64,000 bases of DNA from Tubiluchus corallicola. Lineage: Eukaryota; Animalia; Priapulida. Below are positions 25,709 to 38,310 of this stretch, piece after piece. Within the stretch, counting starts at the first letter, position 1. Each line of letters begins with the position of its first letter. Below the pieces are notes generated by a model, which was not told where the DNA came from, did not search any database, and saw only the letters and a list, made by a program, of their open reading frames with translations. The stretch spans positions 62,616-126,615 of the forward strand of contig JAQGDQ010000409.1 in the NCBI GenBank assembly GCA_030141605.1. Direction: 5' to 3'. The position numbers were made by a program, and so were the translations under genes.

Positions 25709-25882
25709 TTGTTCTTCGTCTTCTTCTCGTATTCCGTTTGTGTTTTCATAAAGAGGTTCCGAGCGTTCGGAGTGCACCGAATCATACATGCCCTCCTGAA
25801 CCTGAGCTTTGAATTCATGCAGTGACTCATTGAGTGACCAAAGTTGACAGAGGAGTGACGTGTCTAGCTGTCTCAGCTGCAC
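25709..25882 (-). CDS. FAM89A: FAM89A-like coding exon 2 (VQLRQLDTSLLCQLWSLNESLHEFK...)
   Basis: ctag/GTGAGT, 58 codons; matches the LURAP motif of human FAM89A [25 protein letters not shown]. Confidence 0.9.
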
Positions 25883-26955
25883 CTAGGTATAAAAATATTA
25901 ATGACATTAGAGACTTGTCTGCAATGTGAAGCATTGGTTTACTCAGGCACGTATCAAAACTACACGACGCCATAGGCTGATAGTTTTCTCCCGCCCATCT
26001 ACTGTAAATTTATGATTGCTTATGTAATGAGCAGATACAACAAATACCTGTGGTGTATTAGAAACACTATTAACCTCGTTTCTACACGGTTATTATTAAT
26101 TAAATGTATTTGCCTAGCGCTTATATTCAAGCAGGCTGTGCAACTGCTTGTTGTGTAATACCTTGTACCAGTTCGTTATGTGGTACTTATATAAAAGCTG
26201 AACTCAGTAACTGCCTGTGGTGTGTTATAAAATGTGCCTTTTACATGAATATGAAAGTACGGTATTTATTCGAGTATAACGGGCAAAATTTTCTACGTAA
26301 AAAAAGAACTCAAAGTTTGGGTGCGCGTTATAAACGAGGGCTGGGGTGAGGCGTAACTAAGGAAATAATCAATAATATTTGCGTCATCAGCAGACTTTGT
26401 CAGACGGTGCCTGGCCCACGGAAATGTTAGAGACCGGAGTTGTTCAACAACGCAGCTGTTCAACAACATTTGTCACTTACAATGCTTGGTCTGAGCCGAG
26501 AAAAAGTGAAACAAAATTTTTTTAATCGAAAATTATAGGGGTGCGCGTTATACCCAGTAAACTAAGCCAGCAATTAGCAACCCACCCTCTCGTAAGGCAG
26601 CCTATGTCATTACACTGTTTGTGCTGTAGAAACAATGATAGTCACAATCGAGGCACATATTTAAATGCGGTGTTTAGGAAGTATTTCGATCTATCAGGAT
26701 AGCGTGTTGTAATTTAGTGTTGTCGGCGGCAGGTGTGAGAGACATAGGCGAGGACTGTGGTAGGTCTTGCAGCAGATGGAAACTTTAAAGTTGTGCACAA
26801 GTTTAGATACCATAATTATATCTTATCATGTTTTGAATGCCATTAATTTTACTATTTTCAAGTTGTCCCAATGTTATATATTAATTTCGCTGGTATGGGC
26901 TTAATATATATAATATTCGAGGCTACAGCTCCGACGGCGGCACCATTTGCGGCGA

Positions 26956-27630
26956 TCTATATGTCAAACGAAAGGTCTCGATCTAGTGTCGTGCTATTGG
27001 GGGTTTATTTTTCGAATCGGGCCCACCGGGAGGAACGGGGAGCGAAAAACCTCCAAAAATGGCCATTTTTCAGCCGTTTTTGTTCAAAAAATTGCGAAAT
27101 GTATACCTCTTATTTCTACAGAACGCGAAAGGGCCGGGGGCAGCGTCAGTAATGGTTAGATAACCCATTCAACGGTGGGTGTCATAGTCATATTTAGAAT
27201 TTGCGAGAGGGCCACGGCGTCCCGTAACGGGCGTTTTCCCGGATCCAACGCGATTTTTTCGAAATTTTGACCAAACGGCATGCGGAAAAAACGTTCTAGC
27301 GGCGCCTGGCGGGACTCTCGAAAGGAGATATATAGCTCTTTAGAAAGACGAAGAACAGGGCTACACGATGGTGTGGGCTATATTTTAGGACACGTCCACC
27401 AAGAGGAGTGCTGACGAGTTAATCAGATGTTCAATTTTCGCTTGGAAAACTGCTGACGCAAAGCCATTGTTGTGACGTCATCCATTATACTCTGCCTATA
27501 ACCTTATAACTTTAATTCAGTAAAAGCTGCTGCTGCTGGCTTTGCGTTATAAATGAGGACTGTGTAGGATGTTTGCGCATTGTTGATTATGAGTGTGTAT
27601 ACGCAAAAATTTTTGCGGGGCCTTTGCTAG
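26956..27630 (+). mobile_element. Complete non-autonomous Helitron
   Basis: A|TCTATA start, subterminal hairpin CGCAAAAATTTTTGCG, CTAG|T end, no TSD. Confidence 0.8.
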
Positions 27631-29317
27631 TTTTATTATTATTTTTGCTCCGCCACTGCCAGATTCAAGTGTAAAAGCACTTAAAAGCAGTCGGCAATTT
27701 CGCATCGTCAAAGTGCCCATATTATGAAGGCAAGAATTATACGCCTGAAGCCTCCGTGCTTACGCCATGTATTAATTACGTAATTCTAGCAAGTGATCCG
27801 AAACATAGCGGTCTTCACGGCAATGTATACATTCGAAATTCGCCAGAAAAAGCTAAGTTATTTAATTTATCTGTTCATTTTATAGAAAATGAACTACAAA
27901 TTCTTTTTTTAATCGTAGTAATACGGTAAAAAGAACTTCAGTATCTGCTGGGGTTACATGGGCCTTTAAAACACTACAAACGGTTATCTCTAGTTATTTC
28001 TTTCCGACATTATACCGCAAGTAGTTGGTTAGTCTCAATGTTTGTAAAGCAAATAGGGCAGTTTTGCCTGTCTTTCAAGATCTAAGCCATACAAGAAATT
28101 TTCAGGTATGTTTGTTAGTTTCATTTTGATTTTGCTTTTTCTTAATTTGTAATTGTAATGTTTCTTCTAGTTTATTTTTTAACACAGCTTCGTACTGAAT
28201 TTTGTATCATTTATTTTAATGCAATTGCATACTTACACTACATTGTCATTTTTATAATTTTTGTTATTGAGTTACCTTGTAGCCGACGAAGTTCGTGACG
28301 GACGAAAGCCACTGGCAAAAACTAAAAATTTTGAGACTTAATTGGCATTACGTCTTACGATTAGGCCCGTAACTACAAATTTCGTCCATGAGCCGCTTGA
28401 GTTAGTCGCCAGGGCGGGGCTCTGTTTGTGCAAATTTCTTTGTTGCATTTCCCTGACAGTAAAATAATTCCAACATACTGAGTGACTTGTTCTTTCCTTT
28501 AGCACACCACAAACAGTTTAAGTGAGAACAGTAACATAAATCCAATATACTGAGTGACTTGTTCTTTCCTTTAGATTTCGCCAGTATTACGCTCACTCAC
28601 TCACTTTCACGACGAATCATCGTGAACGTCCGATAGCCTGAATGAGCAAAAAAACCTGCAATATGGGACAGGCTAGGAGCAGTCATTTGTTTGTCGGTTT
28701 TGCTTTGTCAGTCCACGTATATTGATGTGTTTGTTTTATTAATTTCAGGACAATTTCTCGTACAGTGACGCCGCAAAAGCAGTTAGACTGAATAACGTGA
28801 TTAAAACAGCCAGTAAACAGTCGAGTAAAACTCCAAAGAAAAACACGGCCGAGTTAAAAAAAACAACCAGGTATGTTGTTATTTTCTTTCTTTAATTGAC
28901 TATAACTGCACACCTGCATAATTAATTGTGTATGTACTACTGACACCCGTGTGCGGCAATTAATTATACACACCCATAATGTGTGTTTAGACAATTAAGT
29001 ACTTTGCTAGCGCTCAATGGCAGAACCGGAATCTAGCTCATTATGAAAGATAATCCTCCAAGTTAAGACACCAAACAGGCAGACGTGTCATACATCCTTC
29101 CTTAATGAGACAAATACAGAGAGGAGGCAATATGGCGTATAAAACTAGTCGAAAGCGATTTTTCTGGCAGTCATTCATCCATTTGCTAATCATGCCCAGC
29201 GTTATTAAACAATGCTCACATTATGACCACTCAGTTAACGTAAGTTATCTATGTATCTATCTGTCTGTCTGTCTGTCTGTCTGCCTGTCTGTCTGTCTAC
29301 TTATCTATCTATCTATA

Positions 29318-32300
29318 AGTTATAAGTTTATTTATTTCCACTCTGCATCTAACAATTATAATAAAAATACAGATAATTTCACTGAAGTAAAAATAAATAT
29401 AAATGCAATATTATCCAGAAATTACAAAATGCAGCATATACATGTGCAAATTACATTACAGAATAATTTTGATGCATACAGTTTGAGCCTAAAAGCATAG
29501 CTTGACAGGCCAAACTGTACGTGGAAATCTTAAAAAAATGATTAATAATTGAAATAATGATAATATATACATAAAAGTGGGGGGGAGTAGTGAATGAAAG
29601 ATGAAATGGAGCGAGAACTACGAAAAACTGTGATCATGATTATAAAGTGTTCAGTAACCTGTTGAGCATAGTCACGTTACATTAAGATTACTGTGGAAAA
29701 AGAATGCAGGTTATTACCATTATCAAATTGTGTTACTCTTAATACTTTTGAAATATTTCTTTTCTGACGGTTTTTTTAAAAGTTGAAAGGGAGTGACTAC
29801 ATTTTGAATTGCGGCTTAGTCTATTCCATAGGACTGGTCCCATATAACTAATGAAATGTTTTGCCATATTTGTTCTACAACGTCTTGGTATATATTCATT
29901 ATGTCTGGTATTGTATTTTTTTACATTTATCTTGAATGGATTTTCAAAAAAAGTTGGAAATAAGTTGTTGTTGGTTCTATACATGTATATACATCCATTA
30001 AAATTAATAACATCATCCAGAAGTAATATTTGACATTGCTTAAAATGTGTAGTAGTAATTGTGCTCCTTTTGTCTAGTTTGAAGATGACACGTAAAAATT
30101 TTCGGTGTAAAACTCTTAAGCATTCTAAATTTGTAGTATAAGTAAAGCCCCATAATGTTGTGCAGAAATTTAAATATAATAATATTAAACTGTAGTATAT
30201 TGTTAGAAGATGTTCGGTGTTCAGAAAGTTTTAATATATGAGATAATACCTTTATTTTTTGATATTTTCAATCTGATCATGAATATATGTGGTCACCAGT
30301 CTAGATGCTCATTCAGTATTAATCCCAGAAATTTCAGTTCTTTTACACGTGTAATTCTTTTATGGTCTATTATTAAATCGTGGTTCGCCTGAATTGGTTT
30401 ATTTCGGGATCTAAACAGAATGTATTTCGTTTTTGATGAATTTAGTGACAGTTTATTTGTTTTGAACCATATAGCTAGATCATGTAGAACTGTATTTATG
30501 TAGCCAATATTGATTTCTATTTTATGAAAGCTAAAAAAATGCTTGTATCATCAGCAAACTGAAATAAATTGTGATTTTTACCACAAAATTTGATGTCATT
30601 AATATAAATTAGAAAAAGTAGTGGCCCAAGGACTGAGCCTTGGGGCACGCCACATTTGATTGGTGCTACATCTGAAAAAGCGTTATTATATTTTACTGTC
30701 TGAGTGCGCCCTGTCAAATAATTCTTTAGCCTGTGAGGCAAACCTCTGATACAGTAATAGTACAACTTTTTTAGCAGAATGTCATGGTTTACTGTATCAA
30801 ATGCTTTTGATAAGTCGCAAAATACTCTGTAGGATGTGCTATTTTTTCAACAGTATTAAAGATATTTTCTATAATTTTTGTTAAGGCTATTTCAGTGGAG
30901 CTACCTTTTCTGAAACCAAATTGTTTATTACTCAGAATTCTTTTTTTTTATTAAGTAATGAGATAACTGATTGTAAAAAACTTTTTCTAATATTTTTGAT
31001 ATAAAAGGCAATAAGGACACTGGTCTATAATTGTTCAGAGACATGGGATCATCTGATTTAAACAAAGGAACAATAATTGATTCTTTCAATTTCACTGGTA
31101 TTTCACCTGTAAGAAATTAAATAAATATTGCAAAGGTTTAGAGATGTAATCAATGGTGTCTATTACGACTTCAGGTAACATTTTGTCCTTACCAGGACCT
31201 TTATTCTGATTAAACGATTTGCAAGTATTTATTATATCATTTTCTGTTACTGCAATAATAAAAAATCTTTGACGGTAGGTACTTTTAAGATATATACATG
31301 GATTTATGTTTGTGTTTTCAATTTGTTCTGATAATATTGGCAAAGTAATCGTTAAAAGCATTTGCCACCTCTACATTATTTTTAATTAATTTACTGTTTA
31401 TGAACAACGTAATGGGTCGATTTTGTCTTTCTTTATGCATAATTTCTTTCATTGTATCCCATGTCTTTTTATGTTATCTTTAACTGTCATTAATCTATCC
31501 CTATAATACTGACATTTTGATGCCTTTATAACTGTATTAAGTTCATTTCTATATCGTTTGTATTCTACTTCAGATACGTTATTATTTGTCTTGTTCACCA
31601 GAGAACGATACATTTTATTTTTCCGTTTAACACTTTCTAAAATTGCTGTAGTGATCCAAGGTTTTTTTGCTGCTTTATGATTGTTATTGTTTTTCTGTAG
31701 TTTAATATGTTTGTCATAGATATCAGAAAGCTTAGTATGAAATAAATTGTATGCGTCTTCGGTATTAGTTGCAGAATATAAATCTGACCAGTCACATTGA
31801 TTTAAATCTTGGATAATTTTGTTTTTTATATGAACATTATAAATATGTTTGCGCACGTATTCCTTACTGAATGTTTCAATTTTGAGATCAATAATTAAAA
31901 AAATTGGGAGGTGATCTATTATATCTGTTAGAAAAATACCTGATTTGTACTTATAGTCTAGTGAATTAGTAAATATATTATCAATTAGTGTATCTGAATA
32001 AGGCGTAATTCTTGTTGGTTTTGTAACAGTAGGAAACAGATAATTGGTCAGCATTCTGTCTAAAAAGTGTCCGGTTTCGTTGTGAGAAGCATGGTTTATT
32101 AAATTTATATTATAGTCCCCTAGTAAGAAAATATGTTTGTTTTGTCTATTAACAATTGCCATAGTGTTCTGTATTTTGTCTGTAAAATGGTTAGGATTTT
32201 CACCAGGTGCTCTATATATTACTCCCATTATTGTATTTTTATTCTTGCTGCGTAATTCAATGAAAAGTGATTCTATGTCTGGATCATTGATGTGGCAGGT

Positions 32301-33060
32301 CTTTTCTCACTGTATAAGGTATGTCGTTCCTTATAAGCAAGCCGACTCCACCACCAGATCTGTGTTTACGATTTATACATTCAAATTCATATCCAGGCAG
32401 GGAAATGGTTACTCCTGAATCATCTTGGAGCCATGTTTCTGATAAGGCAATAATTGAAAAACTTATAGTTAATGATTCTAAATATACATTTAAATAATCA
32501 AAATTAGCTTTTAGGCTACGAATATTAACATGGATCATAGACAGTGGTGTATTGAAATCAGTGTTACTGTACAAAGCTGTGAACTGATCTTCATCATAGT
32601 AATTGCTTTTTGGTATTAAGTTTGGTGTATTAAAAAAATTTAAATCAGGATCTGCCATATTCGTCATATTATTGCTATCATCTGATTCAGTGCAAAAGAG
32701 ATTTAAATTATAATCGCACAAGATAGAACCAATATTTGAAAAACGTGCAATATGTTTAAATTCTTCATCATCTGGTATATTATTAAATGGAAAAATAGAC
32801 TGTAGACAAAGATGGCAAAACCATTCATTATCATCTGTAGCCAGGTCATTATAATCGTCAACTGATAGCGGTGAGCATCATAGGTGAATCCACCTATAAC
32901 AGTTGTCACATCCTAGAGCCTTTTGGTTATGTTTAACAGGTTTCTCGCAAGCGGGACATGAGAATGTTAACATATGAATGATGTAGTTAAAGAGGGTGAG
33001 TAATTATTAAAAATAAATAAAAAAAGAAAAAATGCAAAAAGACTGAGGTAGTAATTAGTA
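29318..33060 (-). mobile_element. Crack/L2/CR1-group LINE ORF2 (PHD-APE-RT), broken by stops and frameshifts
   Basis: From ATG at 32973: CPACEKPV..GCDNCYRWIH..C..WFCHLC (PHD), HVNIRSL, LSETW, GDYNI, IDNIF, DHLPI, GVPQGSVLGP, FADDT, GPVLWNRL; AATAAA-rich 3' end. Confidence 0.92.
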
Positions 33061-33063
33061 GTG

Positions 33064-33145
<82 letters not shown>

Positions 33146-33160
33146 ATATATATATATATA
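33064..33160. repeat. (TATC)n/(TA)n microsatellite; related (TATC/TGTC)n tract at about 29245-29316
   Basis: Directly visible on both sides of the LINE. Confidence 0.9.
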
Positions 33161-34881
33161 CAGCTCCAGGACCTCTCGTTCCTCAACGTCCCGTTGGCAT
33201 GGACATTAACAAAGCCACAACTAGTCAAACAGCTCCAGGACCTCTTCTTCCTGTTCCTCAACATCCCGTTGGCATGGACATTAACAAAGCCACAACTAGT
33301 CAAACAGCTCCAGGACCTCTTCTTCCTGTTCCTCAACGTCCCGTTGGCATGAACATTAACAAAGCCACAACTAGTCAAACAGCTCCAGGACCTCGTCTTC
33401 CCGTTCCTCAACATCCCGTTGGCATGGACATTAACAAAGCCACAACTAGTCAAACAGCTCCAGGACCTCTTCTTCCCGTTCCTCAACGTCCCGTTGGCAT
33501 GGACATTAACAAAGCCACAACTAGTCAAACAGCTCCAGGACCTCTTCTTCCTGTTCCTCAACGTCCCGTTGACATGGACATTAACAAAGCCACAACTAGT
33601 CAAACAGCTCCAGGACCTCTTCTTCCCGTTCCTCAACATCCCGTTGGCATGGACATTAACAAAGCCACAACTAGTCAAACAGCTCCAGGACCTCTTCTTC
33701 CCGTTCCTCAACGTCCCGTTGAGCCAGTTAAAAAACCAATTGCGAACACCAAGAACCAAGGACAGTTTTTACCTATGACGAAAAGATCAGAAAAAACAAA
33801 GAAGAAAATAGCTGCACATCAGGCAGCAAACCATGCAAAAATGAAATCCAAGGAATGCCGCGAAGAGTCCAAAGCCAGAAATGAACCTGACATTTATTCC
33901 AAAACCCAAAAGAAAAGTGTTAGATCGCACCATGAGTCACTAGACAAGAGTGCGAAACAATCTAGGTCAACAAAGACATCCCCAACCGACGAAATATCTA
34001 ATATCTAAAAAAAACAGCAAACGAAATACAGAAAACGAAATCTAAAAAACCGCTCACCAAGCCAGAAACTTTTCCTCAAAAGCAAGTAAAGCACTCCACC
34101 TACTTCTCCAATGAAAACCAACGATTAGATACTAAAAGTCGTTCACCTATGTCAAAATCATCTAATGGATCTGCAACGACACAATGCTCCAGACTACCAC
34201 TTAGAACCCATGCGTATTTCTCGAGCACCCTTTCCAGCCCCATTTCCGGCTGGAATAGACTATAAGCTTTCTATTGCGCATTCAAGTCGTCATCAAGACC
34301 ATAAACTACCTATTATATCCCATTTGCCAGCTCTTGAAACAACTAGTGCACAAAGTCATCCAAGTAACCTAGAACCAGAAGAAAACGGTAGAGAAGAATC
34401 CATGTGTATTTCTCGAGCACCCTTTCCAGCCCCATTTCCGGCTGGAATAGACTATAAGCTTTCTATTGCGCATTCAAGTCGTCATCAAGACCATAAACTA
34501 CCTATTATATCCCATTTGCCAGCTCTTGAAACAACTAGTGCACAAAGTCATCCAAGTAACCTAGAACCAGAAGAAAACGGTAGAGAAGAATCCATGTGTA
34601 TTTCTCGAGCACCCTTTCCAGCCCCATTTCCGGCTGGAATAGACTATAAGCTTTCTATTGCGCATTCAAGTCGTCATCAAGACCATAAACTACCTATTGT
34701 GTCCCATTTGCCAGCTCGTGAAACAACTAGTGCACAAAGTCATCCAAGTAACCCAGAACCAGAAGAAAACGTTCAAGAAGTTCCTCATTTGCCAAGTGAT
34801 GACCCAGTTCCGTTCAAATTTCTGGAAGAAATAACGTGCAAGAACTCGGACGCCTTCAAATACCTCTTTAATAGTGATTAA
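33160..34881 (+). pseudogene. Decayed low-complexity ORF with 75-bp (25-aa, about 7.5 copies) and 192-bp (64-aa, about 3 copies) tandem repeats; function unknown
   Basis: ORFs 33061..34008 and 34165..34881 are in the same frame and bridged by a shifted open frame; both repeat units are multiples of 3. Confidence 0.5.
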
Positions 34882-36374
34882 CAGTGTATTTAGTGACTCT
34901 GGTGGGTTTTTATGCTTGAGTTTACATTATTGTTATTTTTTGCTTTCAAACATTTAGACTATCTGCAATCCTAGCACTGGATAGGGAATTTCAGAATTCC
35001 TGAACTTTAATGGCTGACTTCGAAAATCTTGGAAATTTTTGGTGCGATTGAAAAATCTCTGTATCTCCTTGTGGCTTATCTATAAAAAAAGTCAATGGAA
35101 TTCGTTGCAGTTGGAAAATCTTCCGGAATTTCTTACCTTGCCACTACTCCCGAAAAACTCATGTGCTGATAAGGATTCAACTAACAGTGAACAATAGTTT
35201 TACTGAACTGCACAATAACACCACCTACTCGTGTCAGACTCCAGACTCATGTCGGAACGGAGTATACCAGATTGCGTCGGAATGGCATAACGCCAGTTAC
35301 TCACATGCGCCACATTGCGTCGGAACGGAACAATGACAACACACCTATTTTTGTCAAAAGGAAAAATCACTAACTGCTTATTTTACCAAAGTGTTAGGAT
35401 GGAATGTGCAGCAGCAACCTATGTTGCAATAGATTGACCTGTGTTAAATTGTGATGATTTTTCATTTATACGAGTATTTGTATTTTTTAAAGATGCTTGC
35501 GTCTTTGTTTCAATTTTACTTATATTTGTTCTACTGTTTTTTTCATTTTAAAGTAAGTTATTTTATTCAGACATTACAATTTCAGCTAGTAGTTATGTAT
35601 TTTCTTGTAAATTTTGTGCTTATGACCTATGAAGTGTTATACTGTAAACAAGCCAATTTGTTCAATTATGTTATAATAAATGTTTACAAAAAAAACTAAA
35701 ACAAAATCTTTAAGGCTTTTGACCTGTTGCGTTCGTTGCATAAATTTTACTTACATTAATTTATTTTAATTGTTCATATAGGCCCCTACGCATTATAATT
35801 TTCCGTGTCTGCAGTTACAAGCAAGACTGATTTTATAGTACTTTAATCGTAATGGTTTATGATGCAGCATTTATTAATTACAATTGTGATTTCAAATGGT
35901 GTGTGCGTTATACACGTGTGCGCGTTATACTCGAATAAATACGGTATACACATTTTCCGAAGAGAATAAGAATTTTTTCTAAAATGTGACGCCCTTCAAA
36001 CTTTGGAGCCCTAGGCTACAGCCTAGTTAACCTATTGGTTAATACACCCCTGGGTTTACTCACTTACCAAGTTTTTTTGTCTCAATTCACAATGGCTTCA
36101 AGATATGAAGTACGACCAGACAGTGATGAGCGATTTTTGTAATCTGATTATAATCTTGTTCTTGTAATTCAATATCATAATTAATCTTTTACAATGATTT
36201 TTAGCGTTTTAGCCATATTTTTAAATGACTGCAGTGAAATATAACCTATATACATCTTAAAGGTTTTCGTTGTTGTCTGCAATTTTCATACTTATAAACT
36301 ATTTTTATACGCGTACCCGCTTTTTCGTTATAACTCTATGGCTATACAGCACTACACGCGTCATGTGTCAATGA

Positions 36375-37398
36375 ATGCGAAGTCTACGGTTTGCAACACT
36401 GTTGTTCACAAAATTGTGTGCAGTGTGCAAGGCGAGAAAAGATAAAAATTTTTTAGATAAACCAGAGGATGATGTAGTTAGGTGTGAAATTCAACTTATT
36501 GATCAGCTGTGTAATCTGGGCCAATATTTTAAACATTTTTTGGCTAATCACATAACAAAAGCTAAATTGCTTTTAAAGTTTACAAAAGGTGTAGAAATTG
36601 CCGGAAATGATACGTTGACGGTCGGTAATTTGGACAACACAAACCTCAAATATTATAAAAATGAAGTGGACAAATACATCAAAGTTTTATGGAGTAGAAA
36701 AATACAACATCTAAACCAGTTGACCGGTAATCCGCAAGAGATAATTCCTGTATTCACAACACCATCAGATATACCTGCCAGTAAATATGACAGATATATA
36801 GAAACAAGTGCGTTAACTCTGCTACTTGGAAGAGGTTGCAAATCATTTAAATACAGGATAGGTATAATTGATTCAGATCTGTGTGTTTTCGGTTTGGGCA
36901 GTTAAACCCCAGAACATTTAATTTTTCATTGTCCGTTACCACTTGTTAGACAAGATATGAGAGAGAATTTCGAGCGCGGCTTAGAAAATAATGACATTCG
37001 AAACATTTACAGAGAGAGAGACACTAATGTAGGTAAAATGCATATAGATATTGTAAAAGAACTAACCCAAAATGATCTTATAGTAAATTGATTATACAGG
37101 GATACTGTTTATACATGAATTATATATGAACGTAAGATTATTTATGTATGTATAAGCTACAACATATACTACTTGTACATAGTGTATAACATGTATAAAC
37201 ATTATACGCAAATATTAGATATGTATTTAGAATTTGTAAATCATAATGCAGAATTGTTAGTGTGCAGAACTTAATGTAAAAATTTATTTAATGTACATAA
37301 TGTAAAGATTTATTTAATATTTTTGTACTTATGTGCCCTGCAAATAGAGGGCTTATTGTATCATTTTCAATAAGGATTTTTAATAATAATAATAATAA
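36375..37398 (+). mobile_element. 3' part of an RNaseH-containing LINE (I/R1/Nimb-like) with (TAA)n tail
   Basis: KGVEIAGND (RNaseH end), LLLGRG..RIGIIDSDLC..TPEHLIFHCP (CCHC knuckle), then CAATAA and (TAA)n. Confidence 0.7.
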
Positions 37399-37696
37399 AG
37401 GCGAGAAAAATGAAGAAAAAACCCTGGGGTTAACATACCGCCTTTTAGTCAGTGTGTAACACATAATTTCGATTAATTGAATTACTGTTCAATCGTCGAA
37501 TAAATTGATTTATACTTGGTTGTAATCGCGATTAATTCTATTAATCTATTAATCGCCCATCACTACTACCAGACAAAGCATACATTGGCTTCCTAACTGC
37601 TCTAGAAGCCAGGCTGCAGCCCTTATCTGTAAAATACACAGTTTACGTACAAGCCATGTTAAGGATAATGTACTTCAGTCGATTCTTTTAATTCGT

Positions 37697-38310
37697 TTAA
37701 AGGAAGACAGGATGATTTTTCATATACGACCCCATTTCCAAATCCGATAAAAGTCCGACATTTTAACACAATTAATACTGCAGAAGCGTATCTGATAATT
37801 AAATAATAGATTAAAAACTTAATTGACAGCGGGTGAGCCCGACTATTGATGACATCACAAACTAACAAAATTTGCAACATCAAAAACATTCCACGAGTGT
37901 GTTGCACTGTTTGTGAAAGTGAAAATTGAAGTACAGTGATACTGTTGGATATTCAGTGTGTTGTGCTAAAACTAGGCACGTTTTAAGATAAAAACTCAAA
38001 TTTCAAATTTACCATTGTGCTCATGCATGTGCTGTCGTACGTGTGTAGTTCGTCACAAACTAACACATCTGAACTGAGAGTTATAGCATCTGTTTTTGTG
38101 CAACGCATTTCCGAAATGCAGGTGCTAGTGCCCGTCTAACTACCAAATGGCGAAATGCATGCAACAGCAAAGAACTAGTGGCGCGAACATGAAATTGGGT
38201 GCGTATGGTGATAATTCTTTCATTTTTGAAAAAATAGTATGTTTCCCTTCAAAATTTTGAAGAGTAGATTGTTTTGATCTATAGTTTAAGATTGGGTCTG
38301 GTTTTGCTCT
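37697..38310. mobile_element. TTAAAGG-starting non-autonomous element (second copy 58270-58883)
   Basis: Two colinear copies starting TTAAAGGAAGACAG. Confidence 0.7.

Larger units (their letters stand above)
26260..35944. mobile_element. Tc1/mariner (Tc2/pogo-like) TIR pair with TA flanks
   Basis: TA|CGGTATTTATTCGAGTATAACGGGCA ... TGCGCGTTATACTCGAATAAATACGG|TA; a partial internal right end also occurs at about 26540. Confidence 0.65.
25944..36052. mobile_element. hAT-like element with 8-bp TSD GGTTTACT, expanded to 10.1 kb by nested insertions
   Basis: GGTTTACT|CAGGCACGTAT...ATACACCCCTG|GGTTTACT. Confidence 0.65.

Noticed and set aside
36375-36905. Novel 176-aa host gene nested in FAM89
   Set aside because: Reads through a stop into a CCHC knuckle and a (TAA)n tail, so it is a LINE 3' remnant
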